DNA of 64,000 nt, from the IMG/VR virus record IMGVR_UViG_3300023084_000010, positions 25,381 to 89,380 of that record; one strand, written 5' to 3'. Under the pieces are notes generated by a model, which saw only the letters and a program-made list of their open reading frames with translations, did not search any database and had not been told where the DNA came from. Numbering within the stretch: position 1 is the stretch's first letter; each line of letters opens with the position of its first letter. The position numbers and the translations under genes were made by a program. Shown here piece after piece: positions 26,795 to 34,571 of the stretch. Source of the stretch: a virus.

Positions 26795-26829
26795 TAGAAA
26801 ACGCAAAAAAAGAATCCTGCGTTTTCAAT
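26788..26829. repeat. 42-bp hairpin/-35 direct repeat, copy 2 (PeSL-like)
   Basis: Identical to 26103-26144. Confidence 0.9.
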
Positions 26830-26840
26830 GAGTTTTAATT

Positions 26841-27299
26841 TTATTTGCGATTTCCTAGATAATCTTTTTCTTTGTAACTCTTAATCATATGACAACGACA
26901 ACACAGTGTGTTAATATTGTCTTCTGTATCGCTACCACCATGACTTTTTAGTTTAATATGGTCACCGTGCATAACACCTCGAGCCACTCTTACTTGATGA
27001 TAAGGATCTTCGATTGATATAATCTCAGGATCTTCACGTGGATCATACCCACATGTGTTACATTCCCAACCTCTATAAAATGTATGTGGACGTTCGGGCT
27101 TGCCCATTCCACCATACTCTACACATTCGAGTTGATGTTCTTCACACAGTATGTTACCACCAGGTCCATCGAATATACTCAAATCATTATCACAGTCTTC
27201 AAGCATACACTTAGCACCTCGGTTGTACTGCTCACGCAGTACTCCCGGGCTTTTCATCTTACGATTATCTTTATCTAACAACTTAGCCATTAGTCCCAC
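26841..27299 (-). CDS. HNH endonuclease with Zn-binding Cys clusters
   Basis: CNTCG...GDHIKLKSHGGSDTEDNINTLCCRCH; additional N-terminal C-x4-C...C-x2-H. Confidence 0.8.
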   Translation of the reverse strand: MGLMAKLLDKDNRKMKSPGVLREQYNRGAKCMLEDCDNDLSIFDGPGGNILCEEHQLECVEYGGMGKPERPHTFYRGWECNTCGYDPREDPEIISIEDPYHQVRVARGVMHGDHIKLKSHGGSDTEDNINTLCCRCHMIKSYKEKDYLGNRK

Positions 27300-28429
27300 A
27301 AGTCCTCTTTAGAAACTGTGAAGCCGTTGTTTGGCGTGTAATTAGGAGTTTTAAGATTTGTACTTTTCTTCAACTGTGCAATTAAGAACGGAAGTCCTGT
27401 ACGCATCTCTGTAGTAAACCCTCGTACACCCCAATCGTTGTAGCTGTCTGGGTTAGCTTTCGCATACCAGCTTTCGTATGCCATTTTAACTTTATCCCAA
27501 AACATTCCGTTAGGAGAAAAGTCTGCTTCAAAGAAGTCTTTAGTAAACTCTACAAACTCTTTTACATACTCATCATCTACTGTAATGCCTTGTTCGTAAC
27601 ACAGGTTAAAGTATTCAAACAACTGTCTAGCTTCTTTAGCATCAACTGGGCGTTTTGCATTTAAGCGAGTCCAGTAGTCTGCAAACATACGAGTTACTTC
27701 TGGATTTTTACGTGTTTTCAGGCTCTTGCTCATTGTAGTATCTGCAAGCAATGTAAATGCACCTGCTTCGTCGTCATCACCAAACTTGCTGTTAGTAGCA
27801 AACAAGTCTGCATCACGGAAGTAGTCATTTTTCTTTGCAGTGTCTACCCATTCTTGGTCTGTTGCACCATCAACTTTAACACCATAAACCATTTGCTTAT
27901 ATGTGTCGATAAAGTCTAGTGGTTGTTTTGCATCGCCATTCAATAAAATAAAGTTACGACGAATTTCAAGTTTTTGACTTGTGCAATATACAACAATTGG
28001 GATCTCACATGCCTTTAGGCGATCACCAAATACTTTAGTAGCCAAGATATACAAAGCAAGAGCCGTATGCTGGCCATCCCAAGCCACATAATTTCCATCC
28101 TCGTTTACGTAAACTTGGATAGCCATAACCATTGTTTCACGGAAGTTTTGTAAAATTTCTAGTACGTGGCGCATATTAGGTTGTCGTTGCATACTAGCAT
28201 CAATGAGAATTTTATCTAGTGGAGTTACCTGTGCTTTGCACAGTTGTAAGTCACTAAACTTTTTCCATTGTTTATTTTTGCGTTTAAATTCGGACACCAT
28301 TTGATCTAGCTGTGCAGCGAAAAATGGTGCTTTCTCTAGTGCTTCGTTTAATCGTTCTTGTAGTGTGACAAAGTTAGATGCACTAGTTTCGTACTCTTTG
28401 TTCACACGGGTTGCGTATGATAGTTCCAT
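27290..28429 (-). CDS. ParB/Srx-superfamily (DGQH) protein
   Basis: IDASMQRQPN and AWDGQHT motifs followed by F..LN. Confidence 0.65.
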   Translation of the reverse strand: MELSYATRVNKEYETSASNFVTLQERLNEALEKAPFFAAQLDQMVSEFKRKNKQWKKFSDLQLCKAQVTPLDKILIDASMQRQPNMRHVLEILQNFRETMVMAIQVYVNEDGNYVAWDGQHTALALYILATKVFGDRLKACEIPIVVYCTSQKLEIRRNFILLNGDAKQPLDFIDTYKQMVYGVKVDGATDQEWVDTAKKNDYFRDADLFATNSKFGDDDEAGAFTLLADTTMSKSLKTRKNPEVTRMFADYWTRLNAKRPVDAKEARQLFEYFNLCYEQGITVDDEYVKEFVEFTKDFFEADFSPNGMFWDKVKMAYESWYAKANPDSYNDWGVRGFTTEMRTGLPFLIAQLKKSTNLKTPNYTPNNGFTVSKEDLWD

Positions 28430-28511
28430 TTACTTTTCCTTTAGTTGCGGCCTCCGGCCTATGCGGACCTACTCGTCCTAGTTTTCGTAAACGTTATTGC
28501 TTACATTATTT

Positions 28512-28540
28512 AATATAGTTTCTAATTGTTAATATGTCAA
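28512..28540 (-). promoter_or_regulatory. sigma70-type promoter for the ParB-like/HNH operon
   Basis: TTGACA-17 bp-TATATT; lacks the CCAAGA box. Confidence 0.75.
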
Positions 28541-29074
28541 GACATTTGCAAACTTTTTTGCACCTTTTGACACATTTTTTTTCCATGCTTCTGCTGGGTC
28601 TTCATCGGAATCAGTGTCACTAATATATTTGTAACAGTAAAACGAATGGATACCAAACTGTCTTACTACGCTAGCAATTGCATATGCTTCCATGTCCACA
28701 ATGTGATAAGGATCTTCTGGACGAGCAAAACTATCACCGGTGCCACATACAATTTCTGTGTCTCTGTTGCTGGTATAAATGTAAGGCACTTGACGTTCTT
28801 GTGTCACAAACTTGGGAAAGCCAAGTGGAGTTAAATCCATGTCACGTTCTACTAGTGCACTAACACCTAATAGTTCTCCAGCAACACTGTCATCTCCACC
28901 TCCAGCTGTTCCATAATTGTAAACTAATTCAGTATGTGGGTTTGCGGTAAGATATCTTGCCACTTTGCTTGCTGCATTTATTTTACCAATGCCAGTATAC
29001 ACAACATTCATACCTTTTGGTGCCATTGACATTGGAAATTCATCTTCTAGTGCAACAAAAATTACTGTACTCAT
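28529..29074 (-). CDS. MTA/SAH nucleosidase-like (PNP/UDP phosphorylase family)
   Basis: ALEDE, TGIGKINAA, NYGTAG, TGDSF, VDMEAYA and KYISD motifs. Confidence 0.85.
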   Translation of the reverse strand: MSTVIFVALEDEFPMSMAPKGMNVVYTGIGKINAASKVARYLTANPHTELVYNYGTAGGGDDSVAGELLGVSALVERDMDLTPLGFPKFVTQERQVPYIYTSNRDTEIVCGTGDSFARPEDPYHIVDMEAYAIASVVRQFGIHSFYCYKYISDTDSDEDPAEAWKKNVSKGAKKFANVLTY

Positions 29075-29985
29075 AGCATTTGTAACTCGATTAGCGTAGC
29101 ACTTAAATTAATTTCAACATCAGCAACACTTACATGTTTAACTAATCCGTTACGAATAATAATAACTGCTTCGTCTTGTTTGTCTGCTGTATCTCCAAAT
29201 AATTCAATATTATCATACAACCAACGATAGATTTCTTCGTACTCACCAGGAGGCGCATTTACTGTAATAAGTTTACGAGCTTCTTTGATATTACCACTTT
29301 TAAATAGTTCGACCATTTTAATACGCCAAGAAGTATCAGTCTGATCTGCTTCAAATTTTACTAATTCATTGTTTACTGTTGCAGCTTGTAAGTTATTAAT
29401 AGTCTTGCGCATATCTGGATATGTTGCTTTTACATATGTATCAAGTAAGTCTAAATCAAATTTTACACCTTCTGTAATTAAAATTTCAGCACATCGAGCA
29501 GTAAATTCAACAGGATCTTGTTGTTGTATTTGTATAATCTGAGTTCTACTTTGTAGTGCAGGAATAATTTTATTTGGATAGTTACAAGTTAAAATAAAAC
29601 GCACACTGGAATGGTATTGTTCCATAACTCCACGTAGTGCTGCTTGTGCATCCGGAGACAAATAATCCGCCTCGTCGAGTAAAATGATTTTAAACTCTCC
29701 CCACGGCATTGTTTCACTAAAATTAGTAATTTTATTACGTACCCAATGAATACCGTTATCACGACTTGCGTTAATAAACAATACGTCAGCATCCTGTACA
29801 TCTAGTTCGTTAATCAAAATCCTTGCTAGTGTAGTTTTACCTGTGCCTGCACTACCTGCAAATAGCAAATGCGGAATACTTTTATCAGCAATCCAGTTTT
29901 CAACTTGTCGTCTGTGCGACTGGTTTTTAAATACGTATCCGTCTACTTTTTTAGGACGATACTTTTCTACCCAGATGTCTTTCAT
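29071..29985 (-). CDS. Sliding-clamp loader ATPase subunit (T4 gp44/RFC small subunit-like)
   Basis: WVEKYRP, GSAGTGKTT, INAS, LDEAD, AQAALR, FILTCNY and QSR motifs. Confidence 0.93.
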   Translation of the reverse strand: MKDIWVEKYRPKKVDGYVFKNQSHRRQVENWIADKSIPHLLFAGSAGTGKTTLARILINELDVQDADVLFINASRDNGIHWVRNKITNFSETMPWGEFKIILLDEADYLSPDAQAALRGVMEQYHSSVRFILTCNYPNKIIPALQSRTQIIQIQQQDPVEFTARCAEILITEGVKFDLDLLDTYVKATYPDMRKTINNLQAATVNNELVKFEADQTDTSWRIKMVELFKSGNIKEARKLITVNAPPGEYEEIYRWLYDNIELFGDTADKQDEAVIIIRNGLVKHVSVADVEINLSATLIELQML

Positions 29986-30125
29986 TTATATATGCCTTCA
30001 ATTGTATAATGTTTACTATTATATACTGCCCAAAAGAAACAGTCAAGACGTTTATAGCCTTGACTGCGTAGTTTTTTATACCATGCTACGTAATTTTCTA
30101 GTCTAGATAATATCCGCTGTATCAC
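29982..30125 (-). CDS. Small hypothetical protein
   Basis: Probable GTG start at 30125 inside the groES 3' end; the longer 30254 start overlaps groES extensively. Confidence 0.4.
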   Translation of the reverse strand: MIQRILSRLENYVAWYKKLRSQGYKRLDCFFWAVYNSKHYTIEGIYK

Positions 30126-30426
30126 CTTGATATACACCCATGATTTCTTTTGCTTCAATTCCGTAAAGTTTTTTACCTTCTGGGTGATCAATGTCAAATC
30201 CACGTGTCCAGCGTCCGTGTGGTACAGCAACAATGTCACCTTTTTTAACATCACTTGCTACTTCTGAACGTTCGCCTACATCATGGATTTCAAAGAAACG
30301 TGTTTTAATTCCACGTTCGTTTGCATCGTCGTCTAAAATAATAAGTCCGCTTTTAGTTGTAGTTTCACCTGGCGGATTAACAAAAAATCCTAGTACGCTA
30401 GTTGCTGTTGCTCTAACTTGTCTCAT
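30103..30426 (-). CDS. groES: Co-chaperonin GroES-like (T4 gp31 analogue)
   Basis: ETTTKSGLII mobile loop, VG...DVKKGDIV, C-terminal I..KEIMGV. Confidence 0.75.
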   Translation of the reverse strand: MRQVRATATSVLGFFVNPPGETTTKSGLIILDDDANERGIKTRFFEIHDVGERSEVASDVKKGDIVAVPHGRWTRGFDIDHPEGKKLYGIEAKEIMGVYQGDTADII

Positions 30427-30831
30427 TTATTCCTCATTATTGCTAAGTTCGATAGTTTCCATACTACCATCATCATATTCAATCTCCATATACTGAGATC
30501 CATCTTCTCTAGTTTTTGTAATTTTACTAATTGCTTCTGGCTCTGCAGGAGGATCAAATTCTTCCATAATAGCCTGTTCTTCTTGTGGCTCTAATTTAGT
30601 TTGTGTAATTGGTTTTGGATCACTGATAGCAGTTTGCTGCGGAGGCGTTTTTGTATTTTGTGACATACGTGCAATGTCTTCTGCACTATACTTTACACTG
30701 CCGTCTGGATTTAGTCTGTCTCCACGTGCATTCATTAGCACATTACCAACAGCTCTTACTTTTTCATTTCTAGCACTAAGTGCAGCCATGTCTATCATTT
30801 GACCACGAGCTGTTTTAATACGTCTGCTCAT
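30427..30831 (-). CDS. Hypothetical protein
   Basis: 134 aa; abuts groES; ATGA coupling to the dnaE fragment. Confidence 0.7.
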   Translation of the reverse strand: MSRRIKTARGQMIDMAALSARNEKVRAVGNVLMNARGDRLNPDGSVKYSAEDIARMSQNTKTPPQQTAISDPKPITQTKLEPQEEQAIMEEFDPPAEPEAISKITKTREDGSQYMEIEYDDGSMETIELSNNEE

Positions 30832-31331
30832 CTAAAGAATTCCTTATAATCTAAATCATATTTAATACTATTAATTTTGTGTACACCTATCAAATATAAT
30901 ATATAACTTGCAACAGAACTTCCTCGTCCAACACCCCATACAATTCCATCTTGACGTAGTGTGTGTACAAGATAGTTTAAAAATTTAAGTACAGGAACCA
31001 TGTCACGTTCTTTGTAAAGTTGTAACTCCTGTTCTACTCTTTGTTTTTCCTCGGGTGTAGTTGCCAAACTTAATACGTGTGTTTCAATATCAAATTGTTG
31101 GAACTCGTCTGGCATAAACCAATTTTGCTCTATTGCTTTATTATACTTATCTGTTTCGTCATCTGGTGTTTCAACATCAATAGTATCATTGAATAAAAAT
31201 AAACTGCACAGATGATTATATTTGTCTATTGTTACTGTATCTTTCATTGTCACCGTATGTGGATTTATATCTGATAGCATCATTTCTACCAAATCATTTT
31301 CTGTAACGATTATTTCATTACTGTTATTCAA
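30828..31331 (-). CDS. dnaE: DNA polymerase III alpha (DnaE) fragment
   Basis: RVEQEL...GIVWGVGRGSSVASYILYLIGVHKINSIKYDL..EFF matches the DnaE GPGRGS region; the ORF stops before the catalytic PDxDxD. Confidence 0.8.
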   Translation of the reverse strand: MNNSNEIIVTENDLVEMMLSDINPHTVTMKDTVTIDKYNHLCSLFLFNDTIDVETPDDETDKYNKAIEQNWFMPDEFQQFDIETHVLSLATTPEEKQRVEQELQLYKERDMVPVLKFLNYLVHTLRQDGIVWGVGRGSSVASYILYLIGVHKINSIKYDLDYKEFFR

Positions 31332-31334
31332 TTA

Positions 31335-31589
31335 TTAACTGCCTATATCTAAAGACACACCATCGCCGTCGTCTTTGTCTTCTTCTATTGCTTGCTTTCT
31401 AGCTTCTTCTAATTTTTCTATTTCTGATTTAGTACGTATTTCGGTATTTAAAAAGTCAATCATAGTTTGTATTTGTTCTATAATTTGAGGACTCATTCCA
31501 GCACTAGTTGCTTGTCCTAGTTTTTGTTTAAACTCTAATTGCTTGTGCAGCATTTGTTCAACTGTTAAATTTTCAAGACTTGGAAACAT
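31335..31589 (-). CDS. Hypothetical helical protein
   Basis: 84 aa ORF in the operon. Confidence 0.65.
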   Translation of the reverse strand: MFPSLENLTVEQMLHKQLEFKQKLGQATSAGMSPQIIEQIQTMIDFLNTEIRTKSEIEKLEEARKQAIEEDKDDGDGVSLDIGS

Positions 31590-31590
31590 A

Positions 31591-32346
31591 CTATTCCTTT
31601 CTTATATCATTGTTATAACGTCTAACTTCTTCGAGTATAGACAAATCTGTATTATACTTATCTGCGGTTTCGATAATTGCACTTATGTCTTTAGGAAAAC
31701 AATGGCCACCATATCCACGTTCTTTTGAAACTCGAATGTGACTGTACCCAATGCGTTCATCTGCTCCAACTACATCTGCTACTGCAGTAAAGTCAACTTC
31801 TGCTGACTCGCATAAGTCATATACTTGATTAAAAAATGCAACTTTAGAAGCAAGAAAACTATTACGAAAATACTTAGCAAGTATTAATACTTCAGGATCT
31901 TGTATTTGTGTAGTAAATGTACTGTCATTAAATGCAAGACGGAACACAGTATGCCAAAACAATTCTTCTTTGCCACCTACATAAATTACTCTACTGTTTT
32001 TAAAATCTTCTATGGCTGTTGCAGCACGTAAAAATTCAGGACTAAATGCTAGTTTGTGATTAGGAAACATAAAATTAAGTCTGCGCCATCCGTCTAAACT
32101 AATTGTACTTTTAATAAGAATAGGAACTTCTTCGTCTAAGTAACTAACAGTGTCGATAACATTTTCTATGTTACAACTACCATCTTCTGCTGGAGGTGTA
32201 CTTACACATATAATAGCACAGTCTGGCTTTTTCCAAAAATCATTATATCCTAGCGCAGGATCGTATATGTGTGTATGGTGTTTTTCTTTAAGAACTGCTT
32301 CATGTGCACGACCTACAAAACCAAAACCTGCAATTAAAATATCCAT
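31591..32346 (-). CDS. ugd: UDP-glucose/GDP-mannose dehydrogenase family (short form)
   Basis: GFGFVG, CVSTP, IKST, SPEFLR, KYFRNSFLA and GYGGHCFPKD motifs; start re-assigned to ATG 32346 (AGGAG RBS). Confidence 0.88.
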   Translation of the reverse strand: MDILIAGFGFVGRAHEAVLKEKHHTHIYDPALGYNDFWKKPDCAIICVSTPPAEDGSCNIENVIDTVSYLDEEVPILIKSTISLDGWRRLNFMFPNHKLAFSPEFLRAATAIEDFKNSRVIYVGGKEELFWHTVFRLAFNDSTFTTQIQDPEVLILAKYFRNSFLASKVAFFNQVYDLCESAEVDFTAVADVVGADERIGYSHIRVSKERGYGGHCFPKDISAIIETADKYNTDLSILEEVRRYNNDIRKE

Positions 32347-32367
32347 ACTTACTCCTATGTTTCTACT

Positions 32368-32396
32368 AATATACACAGTTTTTATTTAAATGTCAA
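32368..32396 (-). promoter_or_regulatory. sigma70-type promoter, back-to-back with a plus-strand TAAATA late core (32397-32402)
   Basis: TTGACA-17 bp-TATATT. Confidence 0.7.
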
Positions 32397-32420
32397 TAAA
32401 TAATTTTGAGGAGAATGACA

Positions 32421-33203
32421 ATGATTTCAGACATGAATTTTAGACAACGGAGTCTTCTGTTTGCTAAACTTGCGAGTATAGCATACAGTGACGATACTAA
32501 ACAAGTCAAAAAAGATGCAAAAGCATTAGGCTTTACAGAAATAGAATTTTATAATAACGGCGGAGCACAAGCATATCGTTTCCAAAACAAAACAGATATT
32601 GTAATTGCTTGTCGTGGAACACAACCCAGCGAGTTTAATGACATTAAAGCAGACTTAAAAGCTGCACCAGTTATGGCAGAAACAGTAGGTCGTGTTCACA
32701 GAGGTTTCAAAACAGAAGTAGACGAACTTTGGCCAATGGTACTAGAAGATTTACGTGAGTGTGGTAAAACACGCAAAGCATGGTTCTGCGGACATTCACT
32801 AGGTGCTGCTATGACAACTATTATGGCTAGCCGTTGTGAAGACGATCCTGCAATGCCAAACATTGAAGAAGTGTATACATATGGTTCACCACGAGTAGGT
32901 TGGCGTAAGTTTGTAAACAGTTTAAATTGCAAACATCATCGCTGGGTAAACAACAACGATATTGTTACACGTGTACCTTTTGCTATCATGGGTTATAAAC
33001 ATGATGGTTGTGAACATTATATGAATGCATATGGTAATGTACGTAAACTAACAACAATACAACGTATTAAGGATCGTTGGCGTGGCATGTGGATGGGTTT
33101 AAAGAAAGGCAGCATCGACAACTTTAGTGACCATAGTATGGTAAACTATATTGCTAACTTAGAACGCTATGTTGACGAAATGGAAGTAGTGCAGCCGGTG
33201 TGA
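32421..33203 (+). CDS. Class 3 (fungal-type) lipase
   Basis: CRGT, VHRGF, GHSLG nucleophile elbow, YGSPRVG, NNNDIVTRVP and DHSM motifs; start at ATG 32421 or 32415. Confidence 0.88.
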   Translation: MISDMNFRQRSLLFAKLASIAYSDDTKQVKKDAKALGFTEIEFYNNGGAQAYRFQNKTDIVIACRGTQPSEFNDIKADLKAAPVMAETVGRVHRGFKTEVDELWPMVLEDLRECGKTRKAWFCGHSLGAAMTTIMASRCEDDPAMPNIEEVYTYGSPRVGWRKFVNSLNCKHHRWVNNNDIVTRVPFAIMGYKHDGCEHYMNAYGNVRKLTTIQRIKDRWRGMWMGLKKGSIDNFSDHSMVNYIANLERYVDEMEVVQPV

Positions 33204-33424
33204 AATACTTTTTAGTGGTAATGTTTCTAATGCAAGACGGAACATGGAAGCCTGGAGACATTATCGCACCAGATGGATGGAGTAGTACACAACATTCAAC
33301 ACTAAAAAAATGTGAATATCGACGAGATAGTTTAAACAATTACTTAATATCAATCGAATTAAATGAAAGGGTCGTAGCCAGATGTGTAAACTACGACCCT
33401 AGCATACCTTCTACAGGTATTTAA
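33200..33424 (+). CDS. Small secreted/membrane-anchored protein
   Basis: GTG start overlapping the lipase stop; hydrophobic N-terminus; two Cys. Confidence 0.55.
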   Translation: MKYFLVVMFLMQDGTWKPGDIIAPDGWSSTQHSTLKKCEYRRDSLNNYLISIELNERVVARCVNYDPSIPSTGI

Positions 33425-34392
33425 AGTCCGTTTGGAAGAATAATATAATGTATAGCAAGTACTAGTGCAACACTAGCACCTAGTCCTACCATCATCTTAC
33501 CAAAGTCCTTTGCTACTAGTGGGAACACACTCTTTGTTTTCTTCTTGCCAAAGTATGTTGCCATTGCTAGTTCTCGTCCTGCAAGTAAACCTACAAACAC
33601 CCAAGTTGTTGACATTGGGATGTCGTTCAGTTCTTTAAAGAAGTACAAGCACAACCAATAGAACAAGTCAATCAGTGTTGCACTGCGCACATATCTAGTG
33701 TTGTGTTTTTCCAATACAATCTGTTGTATCTTGCCGCCACGCTCTCTAAACATAAAGAACAAGCCAGCAACAAATACTATGCTGACAAACACCATTAGGT
33801 CTAGTGGCACTTGTCTTGGAAGGAATACTGCGATGTTTGCTACATCATGTGACAACCAAGTGAACCAAAGTCCTCCTGTTGCAACCCATTGTGCTACCCG
33901 CCAAAACTTTTTGTTGCCTTCGCTTACCGGCTGAGTTTCATCATACCATTTACCAAAGAACTTGTGTATTGCAAACCATACTGCATATGCAAATGCGGCT
34001 GCAACACCATAACCCATAATGCTTTTCATCAGCATCTTTTCTAGTACAAAGGTACTAGCAAACACTGACAGCACTAGGAAACTTGTGCTAACTGGCACAC
34101 CTATTCGTGTCAGTGCAACAAGAATGGCCGGTGCGGCTGCGTGATACCATTGCACTTCTTGGAATGGTATTTTATTTAAGCGACCATAACTGATGTCGCC
34201 TCCGTTCATATACCACCCATACCAGAGTGTATATAATAAAACAGCCGAAGCGGCTGCCCATAATACTTTATAGTTAAATCGCTCATTGTTTGATGCCATC
34301 CAAGTACCGAGCGTTTGTACTGAATCGTTTGCTATAACTGCATAGGCAGCAAGCAAGAAGCCAACAAGGCTCCATAGAGTGAGTAGTTCCAT
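33421..34392 (-). CDS. PiT-like inorganic phosphate/anion permease
   Basis: About 9-10 TM helices; inverted-repeat signatures ANDSVQTLGT/PVSTSF and SHDVANI/PMSTTWVFVG; start ATG 34392 with AAGGAG. Confidence 0.75.
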   Translation of the reverse strand: MELLTLWSLVGFLLAAYAVIANDSVQTLGTWMASNNERFNYKVLWAAASAVLLYTLWYGWYMNGGDISYGRLNKIPFQEVQWYHAAAPAILVALTRIGVPVSTSFLVLSVFASTFVLEKMLMKSIMGYGVAAAFAYAVWFAIHKFFGKWYDETQPVSEGNKKFWRVAQWVATGGLWFTWLSHDVANIAVFLPRQVPLDLMVFVSIVFVAGLFFMFRERGGKIQQIVLEKHNTRYVRSATLIDLFYWLCLYFFKELNDIPMSTTWVFVGLLAGRELAMATYFGKKKTKSVFPLVAKDFGKMMVGLGASVALVLAIHYIILPNGL

Positions 34393-34470
34393 ATTTTCTC
34401 CTTTGTTTGACGGCTTTACCCCGTCGCTCACAATAGTAGTATTACTACACGACTACTTAGCAATAGTCAA

Positions 34471-34499
34471 GTATAGGTTTTGTAACAGTTTTGTAAAAA
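34471..34499 (-). promoter_or_regulatory. Pho-box-like 11-bp direct repeats upstream of the permease
   Basis: TTTTTAC-AAAA-CTGTTAC-AAAA-CCTATAC compared with the PhoB consensus CTGTCAT-A(A/T)A(A/T)-CTGTCA(C/T). Confidence 0.55.
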
Positions 34500-34571
34500 G
34501 ATTCCGCAAGATATCCTGGCAAAAATTGCAATAAAAACCGATAAATATGTTATATAAGGAGTATTTTTAAA

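Noticed and set aside
21900-26830. Repeated intergenic sequences as a CRISPR array or attC integron
   Set aside because: The repeats are promoter elements separated by whole genes with irregular spacing; no cas or integron integrase in the window
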